From positions 1 to 37,099 of the forward strand of contig JALDZS010000216.1 of assembly GCA_022813965.1 (NCBI GenBank): a stretch of DNA of 37,099 bases. Direction: 5' to 3'. A program made the translations under genes and the position numbers. This DNA comes from Toensbergia leucococca (Eukaryota). A model generated the notes under the pieces. The model was not told the DNA's origin, made no database searches, and saw only the letters and a list, made by a program, of their open reading frames with translations. Positions 1 through 11,934 of this stretch are shown here, one piece after another (within the stretch, counting starts at the first letter, position 1; each line of letters begins with the position of its first letter).

Positions 1-158
1 GGGTAGGGTGTTGATGAATAGAAGAATAGTGATCAAAAAGTGTGTTGTTGTTATGATTCTATTCAGGTACGTTGACTCAAAATTCCTACGTTGGCCATTT
101 GCAATACTTTAAAAATTGACCTCGTACCACCTTTGCATGTCTTACACCTCATGATTCC

Positions 159-561
159 GCGTGCCATTTACCACCACTGCAGTAAGGAATCATCCTGATA
201 TTATATCACAATTTCACCTAATTCTTCATCCCGCAATACTATGGATTTCACCATGGATTTTCATGATTTTGGAAGGAGGTAGATAAAATCATGATTTTTT
301 GCGCCCGGGGGGTGATCGTGCGCTCGGAGGCGAGGGAAATAAGTCAGGTGATACAAAAGCATTGGTTTTCTCCTAGGTAATTTGGCTTCTAGATGGCACG
401 CAAATGGAACAGGTAATTGGCTTGCGAAGTGGTAGGGAATTGAGGCAAGATGTGGTGCAGAATGATAAAAGTTCCCTCGGTGATTTTGCGCCCGGGGACT
501 AATTGGGGGGGGAGGGGGGGCGTCAATGTATCAAAAAGGGGCGTCCACACATCAGTAGCCC
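159..561. mobile_element. Diverged or partial copy of the MITE family at 11078-11621 (internal region plus right arm)
   Basis: About 185-500 aligns by eye to about 11265-11565. Shared blocks include AAAATCATGATTTTTTGCGCC, GATGGCACGCAAATG, GAATTGAGGCAAGATGTGGTGCAGAAT and GTGATTTTGCGCCCGGG. A G-run follows, and the element ends at ...CAGTAGCCC (561) versus ...CAGTACCC in the other copy. Bases 1-158 do not match the TIR. Confidence 0.85.
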
Positions 562-681
562 ATTTATTCTAGCTAAAAACGTCATGACGGGTATTAAATA
601 CTATCACTTTACGAATAATTTTCAACCTCAGTCATCAATTGACCTACACAACAACCTCAGATATCTAGTCTAATCATCGTG

Positions 682-1887
682 ATGTGGTACTGCGGCATAT
701 CAGCTGCGATTTTTGCCTTGTCATTATGTTGTCACGGAATTATAGGTCATGCTAGTGTTCAAGCCCCATTGTTGGAGCAAAGCTTCAACCGAACACTATC
801 TACAGAAACATTTGCTAATCTTGAAGAGCTAGCACGTGTCGTTGATATCGCATACTGCGTCGGCACAACAGGTATACAGAAGCCTTTCTTATGCGCCAGT
901 CGGTGCCAAGACTTCAAGGACTTCGAACTGATCACGGTAAGCGTTCACATCATGGCTGGCACCTGTTGGACATACTGTAGCTGATATGCCATGGTGAAGA
1001 CGTGGAACACCGGACTTCTACTTGCTGATTCGTGTGGCTATATTGCTGTATCTCACCCTCCGTCAGCTGCACGAATCATCGTCGCCTTTCGAGGGACATA
1101 CTCTATTGCGAATACCATAGTGGACTTGTCGACCATACCACAAGAATACGCCCCATATCTAGATGACGGTGATAATGAAGGCTCGTACACGTTGAAGTGT
1201 ACTGACTGCAGTGTACACACTGGTTTCATGACATCTTGGTTGCAAACACGATCTTATATTGTCCCCCATCTCCAAGAGCTTCTCGAGCGCTATCCTGGCT
1301 ATGAACTCACGTTGGTCGGGCATTCCCTTGGCGGCGCGCTTGCTGTTCTTGCATCCCTTGATTTCATGAGACGAGGCTGGAGACCACAGGTCACTACCTT
1401 TGGCGAGCCAAGGATTGGAAACCAGGGACTTGTGCGATACATTGACGAAGTTTTTTCTGAAAGGAATTGGCCTAAATCCGGTGCCCTAAGGCGCGTGACG
1501 CACATGGGCGATCCTGTACCACTTCTTCCATTCTTACCACTAGGGTACAAAATGCATGCTGGAGAAATATATATATCGAAGCCCGACCTTCCCCCATCAG
1601 CCTTGGATATGCATAATTGCGCAGGTGACGAAGATCCCGAATGCATCGCGGGTACAGACAGTGCCGCATTGGCTCGTGCATTTAACAACGCCGAAAAAAA
1701 GTTAGAAAAAGGAAAGCTGATGAAGTGGTGGGTTCCTAGCGAAAATCTAGATATAATTCCTGGCGGTTTTCAACTATGGCAATTGCTGTTTGCTCACCGA
1801 GATTACTTCTGGAGATTGGGGCTATGCATCTCTGGAGGTGATCCCAAGGATTGGTATCGAAAGTATCAATACTATAGCGAACTATGA
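682..1887 (+). CDS. Secreted class 3 lipase / feruloyl-esterase-like alpha/beta hydrolase (2 exons; intron 937-999)
   Basis: Hydrophobic N-terminal signal, plus the motifs ARVVDIAYC, VAFRGT, VHTGF, GHSLGG (nucleophile elbow), TFGEPR, THMGDPVP and a C-terminal HRDYF. The GTAAGC...GCTGAT...AAG intron joins the two ORFs in frame. Confidence 0.9.
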
Positions 1888-2079
1888 GTGTTTCCACTGT
1901 TTTAGTAATTGGAAACCGACTTTGATACGAACTGTGATAATCCATACCTGAAAAACAATGTTGGAGCTGGTCGAAATGCCTATTTTCGCAGATGATCTCC
2001 TAAGATACTCGTACCAGCTCCTCATGATGGCCTACGTGACTAAAACCTGATTGAAAAACGGCAACTGCGCACTTAGGGT

Positions 2080-2432
2080 TTAGCACATGATGTTTTTGAT
2101 TCCTGGAGATGAGTAAATTTCCAACTGTCTGTGACCCTTGCGTAAAAGATATTCGATGGCTGCAAAGTCCTTCTTATCAAGAGTGAAATTTTTCTTGAAC
2201 TCAATTCTATTGGTTATGTAGATTAGTAGTAGCATTTTTGTAGGTGTATCGCGCGCGAGATGTTACTACCTGGTATAGCTTCTGAAGTTCTCTTGAACAT
2301 CCTGTCATATTATATTAATCACATCTTCCAAATTGATAATATGGAGTTGCTTACTTTAGGCTTCTTTCGTGCTTCTCGAAGACATTTCCGATAAAGCGAA
2401 AGGACCTCCTTCTGCAGCCCTGACAGCTTCAT
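2080..2432 (-). CDS. SDH6: LYR-motif succinate dehydrogenase assembly factor 1 (SDHAF1/Sdh6), 3 exons
   Basis: Spliced translation is MKLSGLQKEVLSLYRKCLREARKKPK|DVQENFRSYTR|IEFKKNFTLDKKDFAAIEYLLRKGHRQLEIYSSPGIKNIMC*. LSGLQKEVL-LYR and IEYLLRKG are typical of the family. Confidence 0.88.
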
Positions 2433-2658
2433 AGCAAAATTACCTAGTTTGATCCAAGTGTTGGTGATGTTGACTTTCGAAACATCGTCTCGATCGGATG
2501 CCGACATGCCCGTCAGCTTAGGTAGCGGCGATAAGATAGTGAAAGTGCAATGACGTTGAGCGCCCTCGGGGTCTTTAAGCTCCTCGATGTCACGAATGAT
2601 TTCCAGCCCACTGGTTGCTCCAATTTGAAGAAGAAAGATCCACCATAGCTTCGGACTT

Positions 2659-3767
2659 ATGCCTGTGTTCTCCGTAAGTCTTAATTTCTAGACATGATCA
2701 TAGTATTCATATCTTATGCTGTTCTGGCTGATGCCTTGAACTTAGCGTCTTGTCCGGTTCCTTGCGAAGGATGGCAGGACTTACTATGGTGATGCTGTCC
2801 TTCCAACAGGGGTAAATGACATTGCAAAGACTACTCAGGCGCGTGTTATTAGGGGGGATATATTTGGGAAGCATCATGTTACTGAGCAAGTTGCTGTGAG
2901 TGGTCTCCCAGTAGTGATACCTCTCCATGGCGCTAATTGATGTAGGATGTAAGGCTACTGCTTGCGCCGTTGGCGAGAGAAGATGTCAAGTCTGTGAGGT
3001 GTTTGGGACTCAATTACGAGCAACACGCAAAAGAGGTTTGTGGGTCACCAGAGTACCAATACATCTTGGAGAGGCTCGCTGAAGCAACTGCAGACGAATA
3101 TGCCTTTGCCAAAATATCCGGTGCTGTTTTATAAGCCTGTAACCTCACTGAGTGGACCGTTTGATAATATCCCGATCTCTGTCATGGCACAAGAAGCTGA
3201 AGGTCTCGACTATGAATGCGAGCTGGTTGCAGTCATCGGCAAAGAAGCAAGCAACGTCTCCGAGTATGAGGCTCTCGGATACGTCATGGGTTATGCTGTT
3301 GGAAATGATGTGTCCCACCGAGAATGGCAGCTAAATCGAGGCGGAGGCCAATGGGCTTTGGGAAAGGGTTTCGATGGATGGGCACCCTTCGGACCTGGAA
3401 TCGTCTCCTCGAACATCATCAAAGATCCTCAAGCACTAAGGATATCTACAAAGGTCAACGGCAAAACTGTCCAGGATTCTTCTACAGAAGACATGGTCTT
3501 TGGAGTTGCAAAGACCATTTCATTCTTGTCACAAGGCACGACACTATTGCCAGGCGATCTGATCTTCACGGGAACGTAAGTGATTCAACTCCCAGCACCC
3601 ATGATACGCAAAAGCTATACTGAGTATTCTGTAGTCCACAGGGGGTAGGCGTTGGAAGAAAGCCACCTTTGTGGCTCAAGGATGGCGACATCGTCGAGGT
3701 CGATTTGGAAGGGGTTGGAACGTGTGTTAACAAAGTCGAGTACATCAAGAATAAACCGAAATTGTAG
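2659..3767 (+). CDS. Fumarylacetoacetate hydrolase (FAH) family protein, 5 exons (introns 2674-2745, 2896-2945, 3036-3093, 3576-3634)
   Basis: Motifs RLVRFLAKDG, CLGLNYEQHAKE, PVLFYKP, DYECEL, GNDVSHR, GKGFDGWAPFGP and TLLPGDLIFTGTPQGVG. The protein ends ...NKPKL*. Confidence 0.9.
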
Positions 3768-4063
3768 ATGGAACATGATCATACAGATAGTATTAGGCTG
3801 CTTGTATTTGCCTTGGACCACGGCAAACATTTCATACAAAAGGCTCTATTCTGTATAGAGTTTTCTGGAATACCCTTGAGGTTTCCTTGCTTGCTAAAAG
3901 TCTTCGTACCTATGATCGCTGCTACCTAGTAGGTCACTCGAGTTCACTTTCCAGTCAGCGGACTATGACTCTTTTTCTTTACTTCTTCAAGCGGGACTGT
4001 TCACCGTTCTGTTCCGTCAAAAGATCAATTGGAAAGTCCCTTCCTATGGCAACCGGTTTACTA

Positions 4064-4972
4064 TTAAACTACCTGAGTTCCGTAGCCTTTGATAGTCTCA
4101 GCGAATGCCCAGCTCTGGCCCTCAAGTTGCTCGTCTTCTTTGAGGTCTATCCCACCCTCCTTTGTGACCACCGCTATCGAATATTTATCCAAACTCCTCG
4201 CATCTCTGTAAAACAACACCTTCATGCACTCCTTTACCGCTGCTATAGCGCGTTCTTGGGTGATTGTCTCCACAGCCGCTTCATCCTCAACTACTTTCCT
4301 CAACAATGGCTGTGCAAGATGCGCCCCGAAACCTGTCGCTAATGTTGGTGATGAAAATGTGGTGCCTAGAAGATCAACAGAGCTTAGGAAAGGTTTGCCG
4401 TCGCCGTCAAGTCCAGCAACGAGAATCTGATTCCATAAAGGATTAACATCTGACCGGCGTTTGTACATAACTTTGGATAGATATGTGTGCAAGTTCTTTG
4501 CATTCAGGCTGTGTCCAGTTGACCCATAATTCTCTGCGACATCCAACGATTTAAGTAGTCGATCCAAGTATTGCATGTCCGACACATCGCCGCCAATGCC
4601 GATTATAGAGGTAGAGTTGAAGGGCCGGAGACGTTTGACGTCAGTGAAGCGAGCCAAAGATCCATACGATGCTGTGCAGAGTTTTCATGTCAAAAAGATG
4701 CAAAGATAAGAAGATGACTGTCTTAAGAAGACAAACCTAGATTGTCTGCTGCAATCACTACTCCGTCCTTAAATTTGACTGCTACAACTGAAGTTCCGGT
4801 CACTATGGGCGATTGTGTGTGCGTCTTAGGTCCGGTTGAATTTAGATATGATGCATCGTAGGCCCCGTAAACATCGTCTCGAGGCTACGATATCACGAGG
4901 ATGTTAAGCTAAGTTCTAGGGAATAGAATCATGACAACTTACACGGCCCCAGGCTTGGGGCAGATGATTCAT
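4064..4972 (-). CDS. PRE4: 20S proteasome subunit beta7, 3 exons
   Basis: [10 protein letters not shown]|...[37 protein letters not shown]..., [35 protein letters not shown] and a C-terminal [15 protein letters not shown]. Confidence 0.95.
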
Positions 4973-5416
4973 TATAGGATGCTTCAAGGTTACCAGCGGT
5001 CGGCTGATGAAATTATTTGATTTGAAATTGAAGTCAAAGAATGCGAAGACACAGATCTATGTCAGTACATTTCTCTTGATCGGTCACGTTGGGAGCTTCT
5101 ATGTACTCGGTACTCGTACGAATATGATACGCGTTTAGAATTAGGCAGGCATGAGTATAATAGAATATGGCGCTAAGCCCTACGAAATCGCACGGCGAAA
5201 TCAGGTCTCTCGGTCAGGCTATGAAAACACGGCTGACTGGCTTCTGGATATTGATCTTAAACCTGTGTGAACTTAGCGCAGCTAGGACATCTATTTATCA
5301 TGACAGTCTTTCCACCGTTCAGGTAATTTCAACCTTGCTTCTCCCTGTTTCTCATCCGGTCGACCAATCCTTCGATCAAATCAAATTCGAGATACTCCGG
5401 TAAGGACCTGAGGCGA

Positions 5417-6265
5417 TCACACTCTCTCCCTATCTAAGCCTGCCAAAACTCTCTCTACAGCGCTAGTTCTGAGCCCCTTGACTCCAGCATTAGGAGCTGG
5501 CGTGCCCCCTGTGCTTGATTGGCCAGATATAGGGGCTTTTATAAAGTCAATGCTCTCACGTCCCAGGCGCACCTTGTCGTCTTCTCTTTTCTTCGAGACT
5601 TCCGAATGACTTTTAGCGAGTTCCTCTTTGTATGCCCAAACAGGAACCCTTGCCGGGTCCCAAAGATCTGCAGACAGGGTCGTGACGTACTGCTCAAGAT
5701 CGTCGACTCCAGCGAAACTCATTAATTTCTGTAGCAGACTGGGGTTTTTGAGAGCTGATGAACGGGCAAGCTTTTCATTGAAGTGGACGCCATTTTTCTT
5801 GAGCTCGAGAAAGTGCCCGAATCTATGATCCATTCCAGGGAGTGGTGATCCTGGCGGCGAGGGCGGTATATCAAAATTTGGGACAGGTGGAAACGTGAGG
5901 TCATGTGCCAAAGCACGATTGGCGGAGTAGGGTGACTGTGAAGCAGAATTGATGTCTTTATCTTCTCGGTCCATCAAAATGCTTGCTGGGGGACCCGAGG
6001 GTCCGATGAGATAGCCATCACGGGCGCTGATTTCATCTCTCCTGATCTCTATCTTGTTACCCTCAATGCGCGCATTTGCAGCAGAAATCTGGGCAGGGAT
6101 CTAGTTTCAATCCCATTAGAACAAGAAAGCTATTATTCCCCCCATCGCTGCCTGTATACCTTGATGCAAGCAATTGTTATTGATACATACTTTTAGAGTA
6201 GCCGTTGCGTTATTATCAACTTCCTCAGCTTCATCACTGCTTTCGTAGCTAACGAGTGCAGACAT
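5417..6265 (-). CDS. HCNGP / SAP30-binding-protein-like protein, 2 exons (intron about 6101-6190)
   Basis: Exon 1 is MSALVSYESSDE... followed by a GTATGT donor. The core FDIPPSPPGSP...FLELKKNGVHFNEKLARSSALKNPSLLQKLM...WAYKEEL matches fungal HCNGP-family proteins as I recall them. Confidence 0.8.
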
Positions 6266-6465
6266 TGGTTCTTGATCCGAGGACGGAAGTTGACGGCCAG
6301 AGGCTCACCCTTGACTAGTGTCAGCTCAGCCCTACAACGTAGCTTCGAGCTTTGCGCGTCAAGGCGACAATCCGCCAAGATTCTATCAAATCTCATCTTT
6401 TCTTCACTTGTTGCTTAAAACCTCGTGCTTCGTTCTTTCAAAGTCTGTTCAGCCATACTCAGACT

Positions 6466-7312
6466 ATGGCCTCATTATTGAGTGCAAGAACCTCTTCAAA
6501 TCCCACTCCTAGCAACTCATTTTTGCAATCTTCTCACACTGCACCTGGAAGCAATAGGGAACACGGCTTCTACCCGTAAGACCTTCAACAGTAGGTATCA
6601 TGATGATTCAACTAATGATCCTAGTTATACTGATAACGGCGGATCTACTCTGGGTATCACTGGTAGTGACTTTGCCATCCTTGCTGGAGACACTCGATCA
6701 ACGTCTGGATACAACATAAATACTCGTTATTCACCTAAAGTATTCAAGATAGGCGGAGATGAGGATACAGGAGAGGGAGCGCATCTTGTGCTTTCCGTTG
6801 TTGGTTTCGCGGCAGACGGTCAAGCTCTAAAGGAGCGATTGGACGCCATCGTCAAAATGTACCGCTATCAACACGGCAAGCAAATGTCTGTTAAGGCATG
6901 CGCCCAGAGACTATCAACAATCCTCTATCAAAAACGGTTTTTTCCGTACTACGTACATGCTATCCTTGGAGGACTGGACGAAGATGGTAAAGGGGCCTTA
7001 TACAGCTACGATCCCGTCGGATCATACGAGCGTGAACAGTGCAGAGCGGCGGGGGCTGCAGCGAGTCTAATCATGCCTTTTCTAGACAACCAGGTTAATT
7101 TCAAGAATCAGTATATCCCTGGCAGTGGAGAAGGGCATGCTCTGGAGGCTCGTCAGGCGGAGCCTCTTCCGAGACAAGAGGTCGAGCAGCTTGTGCGAGA
7201 TGCTTTCACAAGTGCGGTAGAGAGACACATTGAAGTTGGAGACGGGTTGCAAATGCTTGTGATTACCAAGGATGGGATAGAGGAGATTTATGACCCTCTG
7301 AAGAAGGACTAG
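6466..7312 (+). CDS. PRE7: 20S proteasome subunit beta6, 2 exons (intron 6576-6624)
   Basis: EHGFYP|YTDNGGSTLGI, LAGDTR, GFAADG, LYQKRFFPYY, YSYDPVGSYERE, DAFTSAVERHIEVGDG and a C-terminal PLKKD. Confidence 0.95.
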
Positions 7313-7534
7313 CATAGATACTCTTTCCTGCTGCACATTACAACCTCTTACAAGTGCCTCATTGCTAATCTAGTTTTCAGTATCATGAATGAAATGTTTC
7401 TAAGTGTGCAGAACATTTTTTTGGGTAGCACTCTTCCGCCGAGTCCTGCTCAAACGCCACATCGATACAAATCAACATACAATCATGTGCCTCAGAAACT
7501 CCTCGCTATGCCATGCATTCATGCAGTTGAACAA

Positions 7535-8417
7535 CTAGAAGCGCTCTTTCATTCGCGCAGCCACTGTCCTGAGATTACCGTAGACCTTGCCCTAAGAACG
7601 CGATAATTAGCAAGCAACGAGAAGGGTTGATGTGTCAAAGACCTACTGGAGGGCTTCCCAGAATCAAGCTCACAATAGCTTCCCTGGCGATATGTATGGA
7701 TTTGAAGCCACCTAGTATGTGAATTTTCTGGTCTGCCAGCACGACTCGAGTCCGGCTTGCATTCTCTATTGCAAATTTGGTCTTGCCATCCTTCCCAGCT
7801 ATACGTCCGATAGCGCGTCCCAAATGCTCCCCTGACAAAGTCTTGACATCTTTGATCTCAAACGTTTCGATATAAAGGTCATCTAATCTCAACAATGCAA
7901 TAGCATCATCTACATCGAAACCAAGACTAAATGCTTTTACGAAGTCTTCTCCCTTTTGTAATGCGCCAGGATCCATTGTGAGCCTTGATGATCGTAATTC
8001 CACTGCCCGGCTTTTGACATTCATGCGAACTTGAAGGTTTAGATGTTCCACTAGAGGTGGGAATATTTTTGGCCAAGATGTCTTGAGCGGTGTCATTCGA
8101 TGAGGAGGTATAGCTACCTTTCTCATTTCAACCAGGCGAGTGTTGTCAACATTCTTCGCTGGGGGAAATCTAGGACGCTCTTCCTCATCTATCTGAACTC
8201 CTGCGTCGAAAGCATGATTTGATGGGACTGAAGCAGGACTTGTGCTGGCAGGTGTAGTACTCGTAGGGTCGATAAGTAGCATATTATCATCTGCAGATTG
8301 AGTGAGTAATATTTCAAGTCGGACAACCTCAGGTAGCTCACTGTCTGGAGGTAAAGGAATATTCTGGGCTTCTGCAAGCTCTTCCGGTCGCCGAAGTAAT
8401 GCAGTCGGCGCAGGCAT
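7535..8417 (-). CDS. PNO1: Pre-rRNA processing KH-domain protein Pno1/Dim2, 2 exons (intron 7592-7646)
   Basis: PPHRMTPLK, GFDVDDAIALLRLDDLYIETFEIKDVKTL, IGRIAGKDGKTKFAIEN and LILGSPP|GKVYGNLRTVAARMKERF*. Confidence 0.95.
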
Positions 8418-8643
8418 TATCAGGGCAGAATTATATTTGATCATCCAAATTGTAGGGTGTGGGCAAAGGGCAAGCTAGGTAGGTATCCCGTATGTGTGGA
8501 AAACCTTCCGAAGCGAAACACCCCCCACCAATTATCTCATCAGGTCAACAGGTAGAGAACACTCTCCCTTGTATCTGTCAACTCAGTACTGGAGCTTGTA
8601 TGACCATGGCCACGCGACACTGCAGCTACAGTACGATTGCTTC

Positions 8644-10898
8644 ATGATTATGAGTGGTATCCTTGGCCTTGCGGCTCGACGACGTCCACTACTGACACAG
8701 CTCTCGAATCCGTGTACCATTAGCGACCATTTCCTGAGAGTGAGCATAGAATGGAGGCTCCTACATCATCTAAACGCACTATTATCGACAGCTCCCATCG
8801 CACATGCTCGACAACGCTTCGCTTCTGAAGGCGTCTTTGCTGCTACAATATGGCCTAGTACATCGACAATAGGAATTAGTGTCGCCATATGTGGGCCTGG
8901 CAAAAATGTTCTAGATCGTCGGAAATCCTTGCCGATGCTTCATATGCCTAGCAAAAAATACATTCACAACAACGGGTGGCGAAAATTCAAGGTTGCAGGG
9001 CGAAGGGAAACAAGCTCCGCTTCGAGTGGCCGGGCTATGAAGGGAGGCATAAATGCAACATCACAACCAAGACAAAGCTCTCAAGCTTCTGAGGGGCCAG
9101 TGGCTGGCATTGATGCCGCTGTGCCTCTGACCGCCAATAAACATCTGAGAGATCGCTTGCCAGATATAAGACAAATTCATAGACCGAGCAAAGAAGAACT
9201 TCTAGCAGCTGCGACTGGATTTTGGTCACGGCTTAAGGTTCGATTTAAATGGTTTTCGATACGAAGTGTACGACCATTTAATGCTGATGAAATCGGGGCA
9301 TTCTTCTCTTGGGTTTTGCTCGGCCACGTATTATGGATTATCTTAGGGACAACAACCTTCTTCTCACTTGCTATTTTCGCGGTCAATACGGTCTTCGCTC
9401 AGGGTAGGATTTTCACCTCTCCCACAGCGGATTAGATGCTGAAAATGACTAGAAACGCTTGCTCGATGGGTTGGTAATTATCTTACAAAGTCTTCGGGTA
9501 TACGAGTGGTCTTCGAGTCCGCCATCGTGCCTAAATGGGGGGATGGAGTTATTACCTTCAAGAACGTCTTCGTTTCCCGTCGTCCGGGGCAGGGTACTGG
9601 GAAAGTGAGCAAAGGTTCATCCTCGACCGCGGCTGCCGCTGCAGTAGCAGCTGCGGGGCGGACTAGAGAGGCCGTGGATGCTCATCGAGAAGGCTCTGCC
9701 GGCGAGGAAGAGGAAGACACAAATTACACTCAATTCGACCTATCCCTCGAGACTGTCAATGTGACTCTGTCATTTACGAAATGGTTTAATAGCAAAGGCC
9801 TGCTCCGTGACGTTGAAATCAAAGGCGTTCGAGGTGTCATTGATCGAACGTCTGTCCACTACTCAGGGGAGTACGTGGATCCGAGAACATACAAACACGA
9901 GCATAACCCCGGAGATTTCGAAATCAACTCGTTCAAGATGGCAGACCTTTTAGTGACTGTTCATCAACCTCATGACTTCCGCCCATTCTCAATCAGTATT
10001 TTCTCATGCGATCTGCCTCAACTTCGGAGGCAGTGGCTGTTCTACGACCTTTTATCTGCCAACATGATGTCTGGCTCCTTTGACGAGTCTTTGTTCACGA
10101 TTCATCCTCGCCAGATGCATGGTCACACAGGGTTGCAGCTTGCGAACGTGTATGAGACGAATGGAGAGGCAAATCTGTGGAAGAAGCACAGCAGATTGAG
10201 AATAGATGGCGTGAACATAGACCATTTAAATCGCGGCGTTGAAGGGCCATTTTCATGGATACATGAGGGCAATGTCGATATTGTTGCAGATATCATGTTT
10301 CCAGCCGACACCGATGAAAGTATTGCGAAGGTTATGTCTGACTTCTACGATCGCTTGGAAGCCACTGTCACCTCTCATCAACGTTTTCAAGGAGATACCA
10401 CAACAATTGATCACGACGCCTTGAATGATGATGTGTTGGTAGCCAGGTCATCTGGCGCTACGGCCTCAGATGATGACAAGCGATTTCTCGTGATGGACTT
10501 GCGGGTTCATCTGAACGACGTTCGTGCTGCCGTACCGATTTTTACGAAAGATCTTTCATATGTCAAAAATGCTCTGATCCGACCAATAGTGGCGTACATC
10601 AATTCAAGAAAAACATTCATCCCCATCAACTGCCGAGTAGTAAAGCGGGCGAGTGACTTTGACGGAAGCTGGACTATTTTTGACAGTGGCCTGATGGATG
10701 ATCTATCGGCAGAGGTAAGCTTCTCTTCACAGGACTCGAGTTTGATGATGCTCAAGTAATGTTTAGACCTATGAGGCGTTTGCGAAAGACGTTACGGACG
10801 ACCAGGCAAGACTACGACGGTTCAAAAAGGTGGGTTTATGGTCGCTTCAAGTCGCAGTACAAGCTCTGTTTATGGGAATGGCTGGTAACATTGCTTGA
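8644..10898 (+). CDS. MDM31: Mitochondrial distribution and morphology protein Mdm31/Mdm32 family, 3 exons (start codon uncertain, 8644 or 8650)
   Basis: Arg-rich presequence-like N-terminus, RLKVRFKWFSIRSVRPFN, a TM segment, AVNTVFAQ|E, FESAIVPKW, NYTQFDL, DLPQLRRQWLFYD, IDHLNRG and a last exon ...RRFKKVGLWSLQ...GNIA*. Confidence 0.88.
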
Positions 10899-11077
10899 AT
10901 ATTGAGTGGGCCCAGCAGAATCGGCGGTATACTGAGTCCCGGCGCATTTGGAGTTTGGTGTGCAACAAATTGCGAAAACAGCAATAGTATACCGAATGTT
11001 CCTTGTAAAGGTTATGTAAAATACGCTGTAAATATGGGCTGAGAGATAAGCAATGGGAAAGTAAGATAATAGGAATA

Positions 11078-11621
11078 GGGTACTGCTAATCCTACACCCC
11101 CTTTGACTACATCTACACCCCCCCCCTCAACTATTCTAGTGCCCGGGCGCAAAATCACTGAGGGAAATTTTATAATTCTGCACCACATCTTGTCTCAATT
11201 CCTCATCACTTCACAAGTCAATTATCTGTTTCAATTGCGTGCCATCTAGAAGTCAAACTATCTAGGGAATCATTCTGATATTGTATCACATTTTCACCTA
11301 ATTATTCATCATGAATTTTGATTTTCCCTCACTTGAAAAAAATCATGATTTTTTGCGCCTGGGCCCCGGGGGTGATCATGCGCTCAGAGGCAAGGGAATC
11401 AAGTCAGGATGTGATACAAATGCATTGATTTTCTTCTAGATAATTTGGCTTCTTGATGGCACGCAAATGAAACACATAAATGGCGTGCATGGAGGTAGAG
11501 AATTGAGGCAAGATGTGGTGCAGAATTATAAAACTTCCCTCAGTGATTTTGCGCCCGGGCACTGGTTGGGGGGGGTGGGGGTGTAGATGTAGTCAAAGGG
11601 GGTGTAGGATTAGCAGTACCC
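11078..11621. mobile_element. Non-autonomous fold-back DNA transposon (MITE), 544 bp, about 210-bp imperfect TIRs, 8-bp TSD TAGGAATA
   Basis: The left end GGGTACTGCTAATCCTACACCCCCTTTGACTACATCTACACCCCC is the exact reverse complement of the right end. Arm similarity continues to TGTATCACAT (about 11290 / about 11410). The direct repeat TAGGAATA lies at 11070-11077 and 11622-11629. No ORF is present. Confidence 0.95.
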
Positions 11622-11934
11622 TAGGAATATGCGTTGTTGCTATTAGGTAGGAAACGATTACTGGTTAAAACCAAGTCTGAGCTTGGTGGCCAAATATTCT
11701 TTCGGGAGTTCACAATGCCCGCTTCAGCAGCCTGCTATAACACATCACTACGTAGACTAGGTACGGAGTAAGTCTTGAAGTACTTGGAGAGCTGAGTAAT
11801 TGGACTAAAATACCCTACTTGTGACGTTCACAAATCATCCCTGATTGTTACACGTCGAGTAAATATTCGGCAGACCATCAAATCATCTCGTACAAGCCTG
11901 GAGTGCTCTACCTCTCAATTCGATCCATCCAATC

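Noticed and set aside
8494..8643. N-terminal extensions in the ORF track, for example MDM31 from GTG 8494, SET1 from 20693, PRE7 from 6482
   Set aside because: They rely on GTG/TTG starts or intron read-through, which are bacterial-style calls. The downstream or spliced ATG starts match the expected proteins.
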